Positions 1 to 7,859 of a stretch of DNA of 49,984 bases are shown here, in pieces. The stretch covers positions 37,403 through 87,386 of the forward strand of contig CAYPUF010000001.1 in NCBI GenBank assembly GCA_964413995.1. The letters run 5' to 3'. Every line of letters starts with the position of its first letter. The stretch's first letter is position 1. A model generated the notes under the pieces. The model made no database searches and was not told where the DNA came from. It saw only the letters and a list, made by a program, of their open reading frames with translations. The position numbers and the translations under genes were made by a program. The DNA comes from an uncultured Gammaproteobacteria bacterium (GTDB lineage: Bacteria; Patescibacteriota; Patescibacteriia; 2-12-FULL-60-25).

Positions 1-1
1 G

Positions 2-373
2 AGCTGCGAATACTGCCGGATGACCAAGGGGCACCAGGCCTGCTGTCCGGAGGGCGACACCGCCTCGATCCAGATCTGGAAGGCAGGCTTCCAGGCCGGC
101 CTGAACGGCCAGCGCAACTCGTGTGCCGGCGATCCGACCTACTCGCTGGGCTTCGCGCTCGGCGAGGAGGAGCGACAGCGCATCAACGCGCACGACAAGA
201 AGCTGCGCCTGTTCCCCGAGGATGCGCCCGACGAGCGGCCGCGCCACTCCTTCCCGAGCGTCGCCGAGCTGACGCTCGCGCTGCAGGAGAAGCAGGACCC
301 GCCGCCCATCCCCGCCGACCCGCTCGCCGCGTTCCAGCGCGAGCTCGCCGCGCGCGAGCGCGACATCTACTGA
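2..373 (+). CDS. hypothetical Cys-rich protein, 5' end cut by window edge
   Basis: The frame is open from base 2 (SCEYCR precedes the first Met at 20), with stop TGA at 371-373. All Lys codons are AAG and all Glu codons are GAG, unlike the rest of the window. No family recognised. Confidence 0.45.
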   Translation, partial: SCEYCRMTKGHQACCPEGDTASIQIWKAGFQAGLNGQRNSCAGDPTYSLGFALGEEERQRINAHDKKLRLFPEDAPDERPRHSFPSVAELTLALQEKQDPPPIPADPLAAFQRELAARERDIY

Positions 374-398
374 TCTGCCTTGGGCAGATTCTTTGTTT
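373..398 (+). terminator. intrinsic terminator-like hairpin
   Basis: ATCTGCC-ttg-GGCAGAT (373-389) followed by the T-rich run tctttgttt. Confidence 0.5.
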
Positions 399-421
399 CC
401 AAGGATTGTCCTTGTGATAAG

Positions 422-442
422 TTACGTGCTACGTGTTACGTG
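422..442. repeat. three tandem heptamers (T/C)TACGTG
   Basis: ttacgtg ctacgtg ttacgtg, ending 8 nt before the methyltransferase ATG at 450. Confidence 0.6.
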
Positions 443-449
443 TTTCGAT

Positions 450-1793
450 ATGAAATTCGGCGACCCGATCAACACCGTCATCCAAGACTTCGACGAAAAA
501 GGCCGCGGATTCTCCCCTCCCTACGCCATCCCCTTTACCGCGCCCGGCGACGAGATCGAAGCGACGCTCGTGAAACGCGACAAAGGCGTGAAAATCGGAC
601 GCCTGTCGAACGTCGTGAAACGCGCTCCGGACCGGATCGACGCGCCCTGTCCGCATGCAGGGGTGTGCGGCGGCTGCCTCTGGCAGCATCTCGCCTACGA
701 CGCGCAGTTGCGTTTCAAGAAACACTTGATCAACCGCGCGTTCGAACGCGCGGGACACGATGAGCGCGTCGGCGACGTGATGCCCTCGCCGGAAACTTTT
801 TATTATCGCAATCGGATGGATTACGTGGTCGGCTGGAAAGGAGAGGTTGGCCTGAAGGAATACGGCTCATGGAACCGCTATCTCGATCTTTCCACGTGCC
901 TCTTGCTCGACAAGGAAACGCCCGCCATCCTCCAAACCGTCCGCGACCTGATGCGCGAACTCAAGATCGAGCCGTGGGACGCGAAAAAGTACACCGGCGA
1001 TCTCCGTTATTGCGTGATCCGCCTCGGCAAGAACACCGGCGAACGCATGATCACGCTCGTTGTGAGCGACTTGGCCCGGCTTGTCGCTCATCGTTCATCG
1101 CTCATCGAACGTCTTTCACCCTTCTGCAGCTCCCTCTACCTCGCGGAGAACCCCGAGATCACCGACCTGTCTCAAGGCAAAACGCTCGAACTCCTTCACG
1201 GAAACGAATTCCTCACCGAGGAAGTCAACGGCATACGCTACGCCGTCCATCCGAATTCGTTTTTCCAAACGAACACCGTCATGGCCGCAAAACTGCAGGA
1301 CGCCGTTCTGAATGCCGTGGGGGCGCCATTCATGGCGCCCGGGCGTGATAAATCATGCCCCTACAAAATCCTGGATTTGTATTGCGGCCTCGGCTTCTTC
1401 GGCATCGCCGCGGCAAAACGCGGCGCGGACGTGTACGGCCACGAGCTCGACGCACCCGCGATCGAACTTGCGAAGAAAAACGCGGACGCGAACGGCGTCG
1501 GTCATCGTTGCCGCTTCGGCGCGGGCCCGACCGAAGCGCTAGACTGGTCCGCGGAACATCCCGACGCCGTCATCGTGGATCCGCCCCGCGCGGGACTCCA
1601 CCCGAAGGCGCTCAAGGCGCTGCTCGAAAACGCGCCGCCCCGCATCGTGTACGTTTCGTGCAATTACCATCGCCTCGTGGATGAACTAAAACAACTCAAG
1701 ACGAAATACCGCGTCGAATCGCTCGAGGCGCTCGATCTCTTCCCTCAAACGCCGCATGTGGAGGTGGTCGCCTCGCTCATCAAACAAGCATGA
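450..1793 (+). CDS. 23S rRNA/tRNA (uracil-5)-methyltransferase, TrmA/RlmD (RumA) family
   Basis: Cys cluster CPHAGVCGGCLWQH, FFQTN, SAM motif ILDLYCGLGFFG, DPPRAGL, YVSCN, DLFPQTPHVE. Start moved to ATG 450 (MKFGDP); the ORF-track start at 393 lies in the terminator/repeat. Confidence 0.9.
   Translation: MKFGDPINTVIQDFDEKGRGFSPPYAIPFTAPGDEIEATLVKRDKGVKIGRLSNVVKRAPDRIDAPCPHAGVCGGCLWQHLAYDAQLRFKKHLINRAFERAGHDERVGDVMPSPETFYYRNRMDYVVGWKGEVGLKEYGSWNRYLDLSTCLLLDKETPAILQTVRDLMRELKIEPWDAKKYTGDLRYCVIRLGKNTGERMITLVVSDLARLVAHRSSLIERLSPFCSSLYLAENPEITDLSQGKTLELLHGNEFLTEEVNGIRYAVHPNSFFQTNTVMAAKLQDAVLNAVGAPFMAPGRDKSCPYKILDLYCGLGFFGIAAAKRGADVYGHELDAPAIELAKKNADANGVGHRCRFGAGPTEALDWSAEHPDAVIVDPPRAGLHPKALKALLENAPPRIVYVSCNYHRLVDELKQLKTKYRVESLEALDLFPQTPHVEVVASLIKQA
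1317..1364 (+). repeat. in-frame double-hairpin palindromic element, copy 1 (48 nt)
   Basis: GGGCGCCA-ttca-TGGCGCCC (1321-1340) plus GGGCGTGA-taaa-TCATGCCC (1341-1360). Translated as VGAPFMAPGRDKSCPY. Homologous to 41702-41755. Confidence 0.8.
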
Positions 1794-1847
1794 GATTGCT
1801 TCGTCTCCTCCAACTGGCGGATCCTCGCAACGACAGGACTCCTACTG

Positions 1848-1875
1848 GTAACTGTCAACTGTTAACTGTAAACTG
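1848..1875. repeat. four tandem heptamers NNAACTG
   Basis: gtaactg tcaactg ttaactg taaactg, ending 5 nt before the era ATG. The last word contains the -10-like hexamer TAAACT. Confidence 0.7.
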
Positions 1876-1880
1876 GTCCC

Positions 1881-2738
1881 ATGAAATCCGGTTTTGTTGT
1901 ACTCGCGGGGCGTTCGAATGTGGGCAAGTCCACGCTCTTGAACGCGCTCGTCGGGACGAAAGTCGCGATCGTGACGCCCAAACCGCAAACGACGCGCCGG
2001 CCGGTGCGCGGCGTGTTGCATGATAAACGTGGGCAAATCGTCTTCGTGGACACGCCCGGCATCTTTCTCGGCAAGAAGGACGCGCTCTCGCAAAAATTGA
2101 ACGCGCTTGTACGCGAGCAGCTGGAAGGCATTGATCTCGTCGTGTACGTCATGGATCCGACACGCGAGCCCGGCGAAGAAGAGGAAGATCTCCGCCGCCT
2201 GCTCCGCAAGCTTCCCGTACCCATCATCGCCGTCATCAACAAAAGCGACCTGCGCGACGAGGAAAAACCGGCGCTGGAAGAGATGCGGACCGCGGACGTG
2301 GGCCAGCGCCTCACGCTCGAAATTTCCGCGCTCAAGCGCCGCGATCTCAACCGCCTCATGGACGCGATGTTCACGCTTCTCCCCGAAGGCGAGCGGTATT
2401 ATCCGGAGCGGCAGCTCACCGATCTCTCGCACCGCGACTGGCTGGCCGAGGTCATCCGCGAAAAATGTTTTCTCCGGTTGGAAAAGGAGCTCCCCTACTC
2501 CGTCATGGTGGAAGTGACGGACGTGGAAGCGCAGAACGGCACACGCCGGATCGAAGCCGTGATCTGGACCACGGATGACCGCTACAAAAAGATGATTATC
2601 GGCGCAAAAGGAATGATGATCCGGCAAATCGGCATGGACGCGCGAAAAGAGATCGAGGCCGCGACCGGCGACAAGGTCTATCTTGATCTGGAAGTGAAGA
2701 CCGACCCGAAGTGGCCGCAGCGTTTCTCCGCCCTATGA
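1881..2738 (+). CDS. era: GTPase Era
   Basis: G1 GRSNVGKSTLLNALVG, TTR, DTPG, NKSD, and a C-terminal KH domain (KMIIGAKGMMIRQIG). Confidence 0.95.
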   Translation: MKSGFVVLAGRSNVGKSTLLNALVGTKVAIVTPKPQTTRRPVRGVLHDKRGQIVFVDTPGIFLGKKDALSQKLNALVREQLEGIDLVVYVMDPTREPGEEEEDLRRLLRKLPVPIIAVINKSDLRDEEKPALEEMRTADVGQRLTLEISALKRRDLNRLMDAMFTLLPEGERYYPERQLTDLSHRDWLAEVIREKCFLRLEKELPYSVMVEVTDVEAQNGTRRIEAVIWTTDDRYKKMIIGAKGMMIRQIGMDARKEIEAATGDKVYLDLEVKTDPKWPQRFSAL

Positions 2739-3499
2739 TGAAAGCCGAGGAGAGACGCGTTTTCCCCGCGCCCGCCGAACAGCCGCCGAAAACCGACGTA
2801 GAGCGTATCGGCGACCAGCATGCGCTCATGATGCGCTACGTGCGCAGCCTCGCGAAACCCGGACGCAAGCCCGGCACGCTCGAACGGCTCGATCCCCGCA
2901 CGTTTGACCCCGAAGACTACGAGGCCATGGCCTTTCGCCCGGATCTCTATGTCATCGAACCGGCGGCGATCGACGACTTGGAACGCGCGAAAGCCGAAGG
3001 CAAGGAGCGGCACGTGGAAATCATGCGTTCGGTGATCCGGGCCATGAGCTGGCCGAGCCATGGCCGCACGGATGACGAGGTGGCCTCCGCGCTCGCCGCC
3101 GGATTTCTGAAACACGCGCAGGAACGTTCCATGGGCCATGCCAAACCGCAGACGGGATTCGAGTTCGCCGATCCGGATCTCGCGGAATGGACGCGCGTCC
3201 TGAATGCGCTCGGCCGCGACGGCAGTTGCAAGGGCGAGGCCATTGAGAAACCGACGCGCTTCGTCGAGGTGCAAATCGTCGGGGCATGGAAGGAGCTGTT
3301 GGGACAGTTTCAAAAGAAACAACGGCGCGACAGCGAGTGGCCCACAAGCTATCCCGTCGCCGTGGATCCGCCAAAGCTCAGCCCGGCCGTCGCGGCCGTC
3401 GCGGACCGGCTCGTCAAGCTCCGGCATATCCGCGACCAGCTCTACTTCTGGCGGCTGTATCCGAAGCATTGCATGTACGCAAAATCGAACATCAAGTAG
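2735..3499 (+). CDS. hypothetical protein, translationally coupled to era
   Basis: ATG at 2735 overlaps the era stop (ATGA). Coherent 254-aa ORF; no motif recognised. Confidence 0.55.
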   Translation: MMKAEERRVFPAPAEQPPKTDVERIGDQHALMMRYVRSLAKPGRKPGTLERLDPRTFDPEDYEAMAFRPDLYVIEPAAIDDLERAKAEGKERHVEIMRSVIRAMSWPSHGRTDDEVASALAAGFLKHAQERSMGHAKPQTGFEFADPDLAEWTRVLNALGRDGSCKGEAIEKPTRFVEVQIVGAWKELLGQFQKKQRRDSEWPTSYPVAVDPPKLSPAVAAVADRLVKLRHIRDQLYFWRLYPKHCMYAKSNIK

Positions 3500-3577
3500 C
3501 GAGGAACGACGATCGTCGAAGGAGGTGCCGTCCGACGATATCCGCTACTCGATACTCGTTTTCTTCGTTCCTCGCTA
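3497..3577. terminator. bidirectional hairpin between convergent genes
   Basis: 13-bp perfect outer stem TAGCGAGGAACGA / TCGTTCCTCGCTA (3497-3509 / 3565-3577) with nested ATCGTCG/CGACGAT. The left arm contains the stop codon of the upstream gene. Confidence 0.6.
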
Positions 3578-3587
3578 TCGCGATGCG

Positions 3588-4538
3588 TCAAGGACGTTTC
3601 AACGTGACGTTATTGACTTCGTAGCCGAAGAGGCGATCCATGACGGATGCGCCGTGTCCGGCCGCGACATCCATGCCGGCAGCAAGCGGGTTTAGCGTCA
3701 CCTTGAGGATCATCGGGTTCTGACGGCTATTGAGGACGATCACCTCGCCGAACCAGTTGCGCGCTCGGATCGCGGAAACGATCTTCTTTTCGCCGTTGAC
3801 CGTCAGCGGCCATTCGATGCGTTCCGCTTCGGCCTCCAGCAAGGTCAGGTCCTTATATGCCTCTTCCTGGGAAGCCTGTTCCCGGAGGACGGCGAGCGCC
3901 TCCTTCAGCTCGGCGACGTTTTTGACCGCCTGGTTCAGCGCGTCGTCGAACACGCCGAGATTCAGGATAGTCTTGTTCGTTTTTGACAGCTCCATGAACG
4001 CGTCGTCCGACAGCCAGATCCCCGTCTTTTCGCCGAGCATGTCATGCGTGCCCTCGGGCCAATACGCCGGAAGGAACGCCGTGTGGGACGTACGCAGGTT
4101 GATCCCCACGAGCCGTCCCTCGGTCGTGACCCGTTCCGTCGCGACCGTCGGCGGCGGAAGCTCCGTATCGGGATCGCGTTGCCGCTCGGCGTCGTATTCC
4201 GCACGCAGCTTTTTGGAAGACTCGGTTTCGCGCGTGGTCTCGAGCGTCCAGTCAAGTTCGGCCACGTGCGTCGGCGCGAATCGCTTGATCGTCACCTTCC
4301 GGACGCCGTCCATGCTCTGAAGCAGATCGGGGATGAAGGCCCCGAAGCCAAGCACGGTCTGGCGGATTTCAAACGTATCGCCTGGGATGAATTGGATCGC
4401 CTCGGCCGCTTCGACGGCGGCGGTCTTTTGCTCGGGGGTGGAGCCTCCGTCCCGGGGCCCGGACCAGGCGCAACCAGCGCCTGCAAGGGCGAGGGCCAAA
4501 CCGAGAATGAGGAGCAGTCGCGTACGGGAAGCGTGCAT
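3588..4538 (-). CDS. putative lipoprotein, function unknown
   Basis: N-terminus MHASRTRLLLILGLALALAGAGC has a signal peptide and lipobox-like Cys. No catalytic motif recognised. Confidence 0.65.
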   Translation of the reverse strand: MHASRTRLLLILGLALALAGAGCAWSGPRDGGSTPEQKTAAVEAAEAIQFIPGDTFEIRQTVLGFGAFIPDLLQSMDGVRKVTIKRFAPTHVAELDWTLETTRETESSKKLRAEYDAERQRDPDTELPPPTVATERVTTEGRLVGINLRTSHTAFLPAYWPEGTHDMLGEKTGIWLSDDAFMELSKTNKTILNLGVFDDALNQAVKNVAELKEALAVLREQASQEEAYKDLTLLEAEAERIEWPLTVNGEKKIVSAIRARNWFGEVIVLNSRQNPMILKVTLNPLAAGMDVAAGHGASVMDRLFGYEVNNVTLKRP

Positions 4539-4647
4539 AGGTTACGTCGCGACATCTTTACGGTCCGCGAGACGAAAGTCAAACCGCCCACATCTTCGCA
4601 TTTACAACGCGTCCGTTTTGCCCTATCGTCAGGGCATTCTCCACGGT

Positions 4648-6027
4648 ATGGCGCCCACGAAGAACGCGCGGCCGGCTCTGCGCATCGCGCTCGTCGTCGG
4701 CATGGCCCTCCTGACGCAAATCGGCTACGGCTGGCTGCTCCAAGCATCCGGAACGGAGGTGTTTTCGCTCCTCGGAGACGGTCCGAGTTACCTGCAAACC
4801 GCCCAAAACGTACTCGAACACGGACTCTGGTCCGCCGACCCGGCAGCGGATGCGCGGCCGGATAATTTCCGTGCACCGATCTACCCGCTTTTGATCGCCG
4901 GCCTGCTCCGGGCCGGCGGGGCGTTTGACATCCTCTTCGCCCTGCAGGCCTTGGCCGTCGCCGCGACGGCGGGCCTGGCCTACGGATACGGCCGCGCGCT
5001 TTGGTCCGAGCGCACCGGCCTCGTCGCGGGCCTGGTCCTTGCGATCGATCCGTTTCTCGCGTCCCGCTTCGTCGCGAAGGCGCTCATGACCGAGGCGTTC
5101 GCGCTTCCGCTCATGCTGGTCGGGTTCGGGAGTCTCGCGCTGTTCGTGCGGCGATCCGACGGAAGGTCATTCCTCCTCGCGACGCTGGCGTTCGGTCTCG
5201 GCGCGAATCTCAAGCCGCAATTCATTTTCTTCCTGCTCCTCTCCTATGCGGCGATCTTCTTCGCGAAACGGATTGCCGCGCGCACCATCATCACCTCGTT
5301 CGTCATCTCGGGCGCGCTCCTGCTGCCATGGCTGTCCTATAACTTTATCGGCCTGCGCGTCTTCCAGTACTCGTCGGTGTCCGATACGAACTTGTTCGAC
5401 GTGGGGTACCGGTTCCAGCATTGGCGGACGAAAGGCGCGGACCCGTTCTTCAATGAAAACTATATCGCGGCCGGCTCCGCGCTGGTCGGAGCCGAAAACA
5501 CCATGCAGCTCTTTGAACCGCACAAGGCGAAACGCTTGGCGGCTAACGGTCGTGGCTGGATCCTGTCGGCACCGGCGGCGTTTCTCTGGTTCCATACGAC
5601 GCGCATCCCGCGCACGTTCTATCATGACACGACGATCGACACGCTCTACGAGGATTTCGGATGGTTCCCGAGCCTGCGCGGAGCCGATCCTACCGCGTTG
5701 GCAAAAGATCTCGTGCTCTTCCGCTGGAATGACGCCATGCGCCAGATCCGCGAGCATCCCGCCGCGCTGCTCGCGTTCGGGTTCCAGCTCCTGGTCCTGC
5801 TGCTCTCGCTTCTCGCGCTGGGGAATGCCTTCATCCGGCGAGCCGTCACGGGCGAATGGTCGTCCGTTCCCTTGCTCTGGACGGGACTCATGCTCGCGTA
5901 CGGTTTTCTCGTTTCACCGATGGGCCTGCACCGCTACCGCGTGCCGATCGAGCCGATGCTGCTCTTGCTCGCCGTTGACAGCGTCATCGTCTTGACGCGT
6001 CCGGCACGCCACCGGAAACGCGTATGA
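4648..6027 (+). CDS. polytopic membrane glycosyltransferase, GT-C fold (GT39/ArnT-like)
   Basis: Multiple TM helices. The N-terminal loop (GDGPSYLQTA...DNFRAPIYPLLIAGL) is typical of the PMT/ArnT family. Start set to ATG 4648; the upstream part of ORF 4333 is antisense to the lipoprotein gene. Confidence 0.65.
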   Translation: MAPTKNARPALRIALVVGMALLTQIGYGWLLQASGTEVFSLLGDGPSYLQTAQNVLEHGLWSADPAADARPDNFRAPIYPLLIAGLLRAGGAFDILFALQALAVAATAGLAYGYGRALWSERTGLVAGLVLAIDPFLASRFVAKALMTEAFALPLMLVGFGSLALFVRRSDGRSFLLATLAFGLGANLKPQFIFFLLLSYAAIFFAKRIAARTIITSFVISGALLLPWLSYNFIGLRVFQYSSVSDTNLFDVGYRFQHWRTKGADPFFNENYIAAGSALVGAENTMQLFEPHKAKRLAANGRGWILSAPAAFLWFHTTRIPRTFYHDTTIDTLYEDFGWFPSLRGADPTALAKDLVLFRWNDAMRQIREHPAALLAFGFQLLVLLLSLLALGNAFIRRAVTGEWSSVPLLWTGLMLAYGFLVSPMGLHRYRVPIEPMLLLLAVDSVIVLTRPARHRKRV

Positions 6028-7568
6028 CCTCCGCTTGGAAAAAACACACGCTCGCGCTCGCGGTGGTCCTGCTGCCGATCGGCACGTATCTCGTTGCCAA
6101 GGCGCAAGACCCGCGCGGATGGGACCAGTGGGGTTTCGGGTCCGCGCAAACCGTGCTCACCGTGCGGCATTGGGCGCGCGACGGCATGATCGCCCACAAA
6201 TTCCTGTTCCTGCCTTCGGGATATCATCCCGCGATCGCGTTTCTCGACCGTCCCGAGTTCCGCTTCCTCGCCGACGGAACCAAGACGGGCGAGATCATCG
6301 GCAACCGGCTGTATTACACGCATTATCCGGCCGGATACCTCATCCCCTACGGCCTGCTCGCCAAACTCGGTGTGATCGAACGTGCGGGGTTGCGCGTCGC
6401 CGCTATCCTCTTCTCGATGATGGGCCTCGCGTTCTTCTACGGCTTTGTCTTCCTGTTCTCGAAACGCAACCACTGGATCGCGGCGATCGCGACCTTCTAT
6501 TACGCGACGACGACCGTGTTTCTGGGATACGCGGACTCGCTCGCGAACCAGCCCATCGACGATCTGTTCCGAAACGCGATCCTGTTCATCAGCCTCTATC
6601 GTTTTTCTGAAGCGAAGGACGAGATCGGGAAAAAGCGCCTCAATATTGCTACGTGGATCTTGTACTTCATCCTGGCGAGCAGTTCGTACGACTCAACATT
6701 CTTCGTCTTTATCTGGCTGTGCGGCTTGGACGTCATCGAACACAGGCGCCTACGGCTCGTCCGGCCTCTCGGCTGGGCACTGGCGCCGATTCTCGCCTTC
6801 GGGGTGCAGATCGCGCAGAACACGTGGTATCTCGGCGTCGCGGACATGATGCGGGATTTCTACGGCGCGTTCGCCTTCCGCTCCTCCGAAGCGCCCGCCG
6901 CGCTCGGCCGGCTCCCTCCGCTCGTGAAAAACGCTTCGGCCGCGCTTTCGCTCACCGGGTATCTCACGGGCCTGCGCGCACGCTTCGCGCTCCCGATCGC
7001 CGCGCTGCTCGTCTTCGCGGCCTGGCGTGCGAAGCTCGTGGACAGGACGCGTACGCGCTTGCTTGCCATCCTCGCCGTTGCCGGTATGACGTATCCGTTC
7101 CTGCTTCCCGTCGTCGGCACCTTCGGATACCAGGGACGCCAGCTCGCGCCGGCGCTCGTGACACTGCTCGCGATCGCGACCTATGTCCTGGCCACGAAAT
7201 GGAAAGGGATGAAATGGTCGGGCGTCCTGCTCGCGGCCCCGCTCGCCCTCCTGTGGGTCGCGCATTTCTGGGCTTTCGCCCGGTTCCTGAACGACGATCC
7301 GCAAAACGCCTTCACGCGCGAGCAGGTCGCGGCCTGGACCTCGATCGGGGCGCGCACATCGTCCACGGACATCCTGGTGTCGCCGTCGCTTGGTTCGGAA
7401 AAATTCTTCATCCAGGCGTACGCCGACCGGCTCATCCTCTCGTTTGACGATCCCGACACGATCGCCGAATACGCGCCGAAGATCCGCGATGCCTCCGGCG
7501 GACGCGTGCTGCTGCTGACGCAAGACGCGTTATCGGGAGATGTATTGATTGAGACTCTTCAGCCATGA
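6024..7568 (+). CDS. polytopic membrane protein, probable GT-C-like partner
   Basis: ATGA overlap with the previous gene. About 12 predicted TM segments; YYTHYPAGYLIPYGLL loop. Family not firmly recognised. Confidence 0.6.
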   Translation: MTSAWKKHTLALAVVLLPIGTYLVAKAQDPRGWDQWGFGSAQTVLTVRHWARDGMIAHKFLFLPSGYHPAIAFLDRPEFRFLADGTKTGEIIGNRLYYTHYPAGYLIPYGLLAKLGVIERAGLRVAAILFSMMGLAFFYGFVFLFSKRNHWIAAIATFYYATTTVFLGYADSLANQPIDDLFRNAILFISLYRFSEAKDEIGKKRLNIATWILYFILASSSYDSTFFVFIWLCGLDVIEHRRLRLVRPLGWALAPILAFGVQIAQNTWYLGVADMMRDFYGAFAFRSSEAPAALGRLPPLVKNASAALSLTGYLTGLRARFALPIAALLVFAAWRAKLVDRTRTRLLAILAVAGMTYPFLLPVVGTFGYQGRQLAPALVTLLAIATYVLATKWKGMKWSGVLLAAPLALLWVAHFWAFARFLNDDPQNAFTREQVAAWTSIGARTSSTDILVSPSLGSEKFFIQAYADRLILSFDDPDTIAEYAPKIRDASGGRVLLLTQDALSGDVLIETLQP

Positions 7569-7736
7569 CGCGCCGTTTTTGGTGGACCAACCGCCGATGA
7601 AAAACGCGAGTCCGATCACGATCAGGAATACCAAGCAGCAGCCGCTGCAGCATGAGAACCACCAGGAACGCCCGTTCCAGGCGCGATCCGGCAGCGGCGT
7701 CGGCGGCACCTGGGAAGCAATGGATGACATGGGCAC
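7530..7736 (-). CDS. possible small Cys-rich membrane protein
   Basis: 68 aa with one clear TM segment (CCSGCCLVFLIVIGLAFFIGGW). Codon usage is plausible. Overlaps the 3' end of the convergent gene by 39 nt. No RBS or promoter seen. Confidence 0.3.
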   Translation of the reverse strand: MPMSSIASQVPPTPLPDRAWNGRSWWFSCCSGCCLVFLIVIGLAFFIGGWSTKNGASWLKSLNQYISR

Positions 7737-7775
7737 ATGAGACCAAAATCATGGGTGAAAGTCAAAGAATCCCGG

Positions 7776-7859
7776 GCGCAGAGTGAGAAACGAAGAGCGA
7801 AGGATCTGACGCTTCACGCTTCGCTCTACATTCTTCACGTTTCTTGATACGCTCGCCGT
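7776..7859. repeat. twelve in-phase heptamer words (imperfect dyad)
   Basis: gcgcaga gtgagaa acgaaga gcgaagg atctgac gcttcac gcttcgc tctacat tcttcac gtttctt gatacgc tcgccgt, followed directly by the ATG at 7860. Confidence 0.7.

Noticed and set aside
4333-4647. Upstream extension of the GT39-like ORF (start at 4333).
   Set aside because: It overlaps the lipoprotein gene in antisense and the divergent promoter region. The hydrophobic GT-C N-terminus begins right after the ATG at 4648.
7549-7740. Plus-strand 63-aa ORF in the spacer after the second GT-C gene.
   Set aside because: The translation is not protein-like (no hydrophobic core, Gln/Pro/Ser-rich). The minus-strand ORF with a clear TM helix is the more plausible, though still weak, reading.
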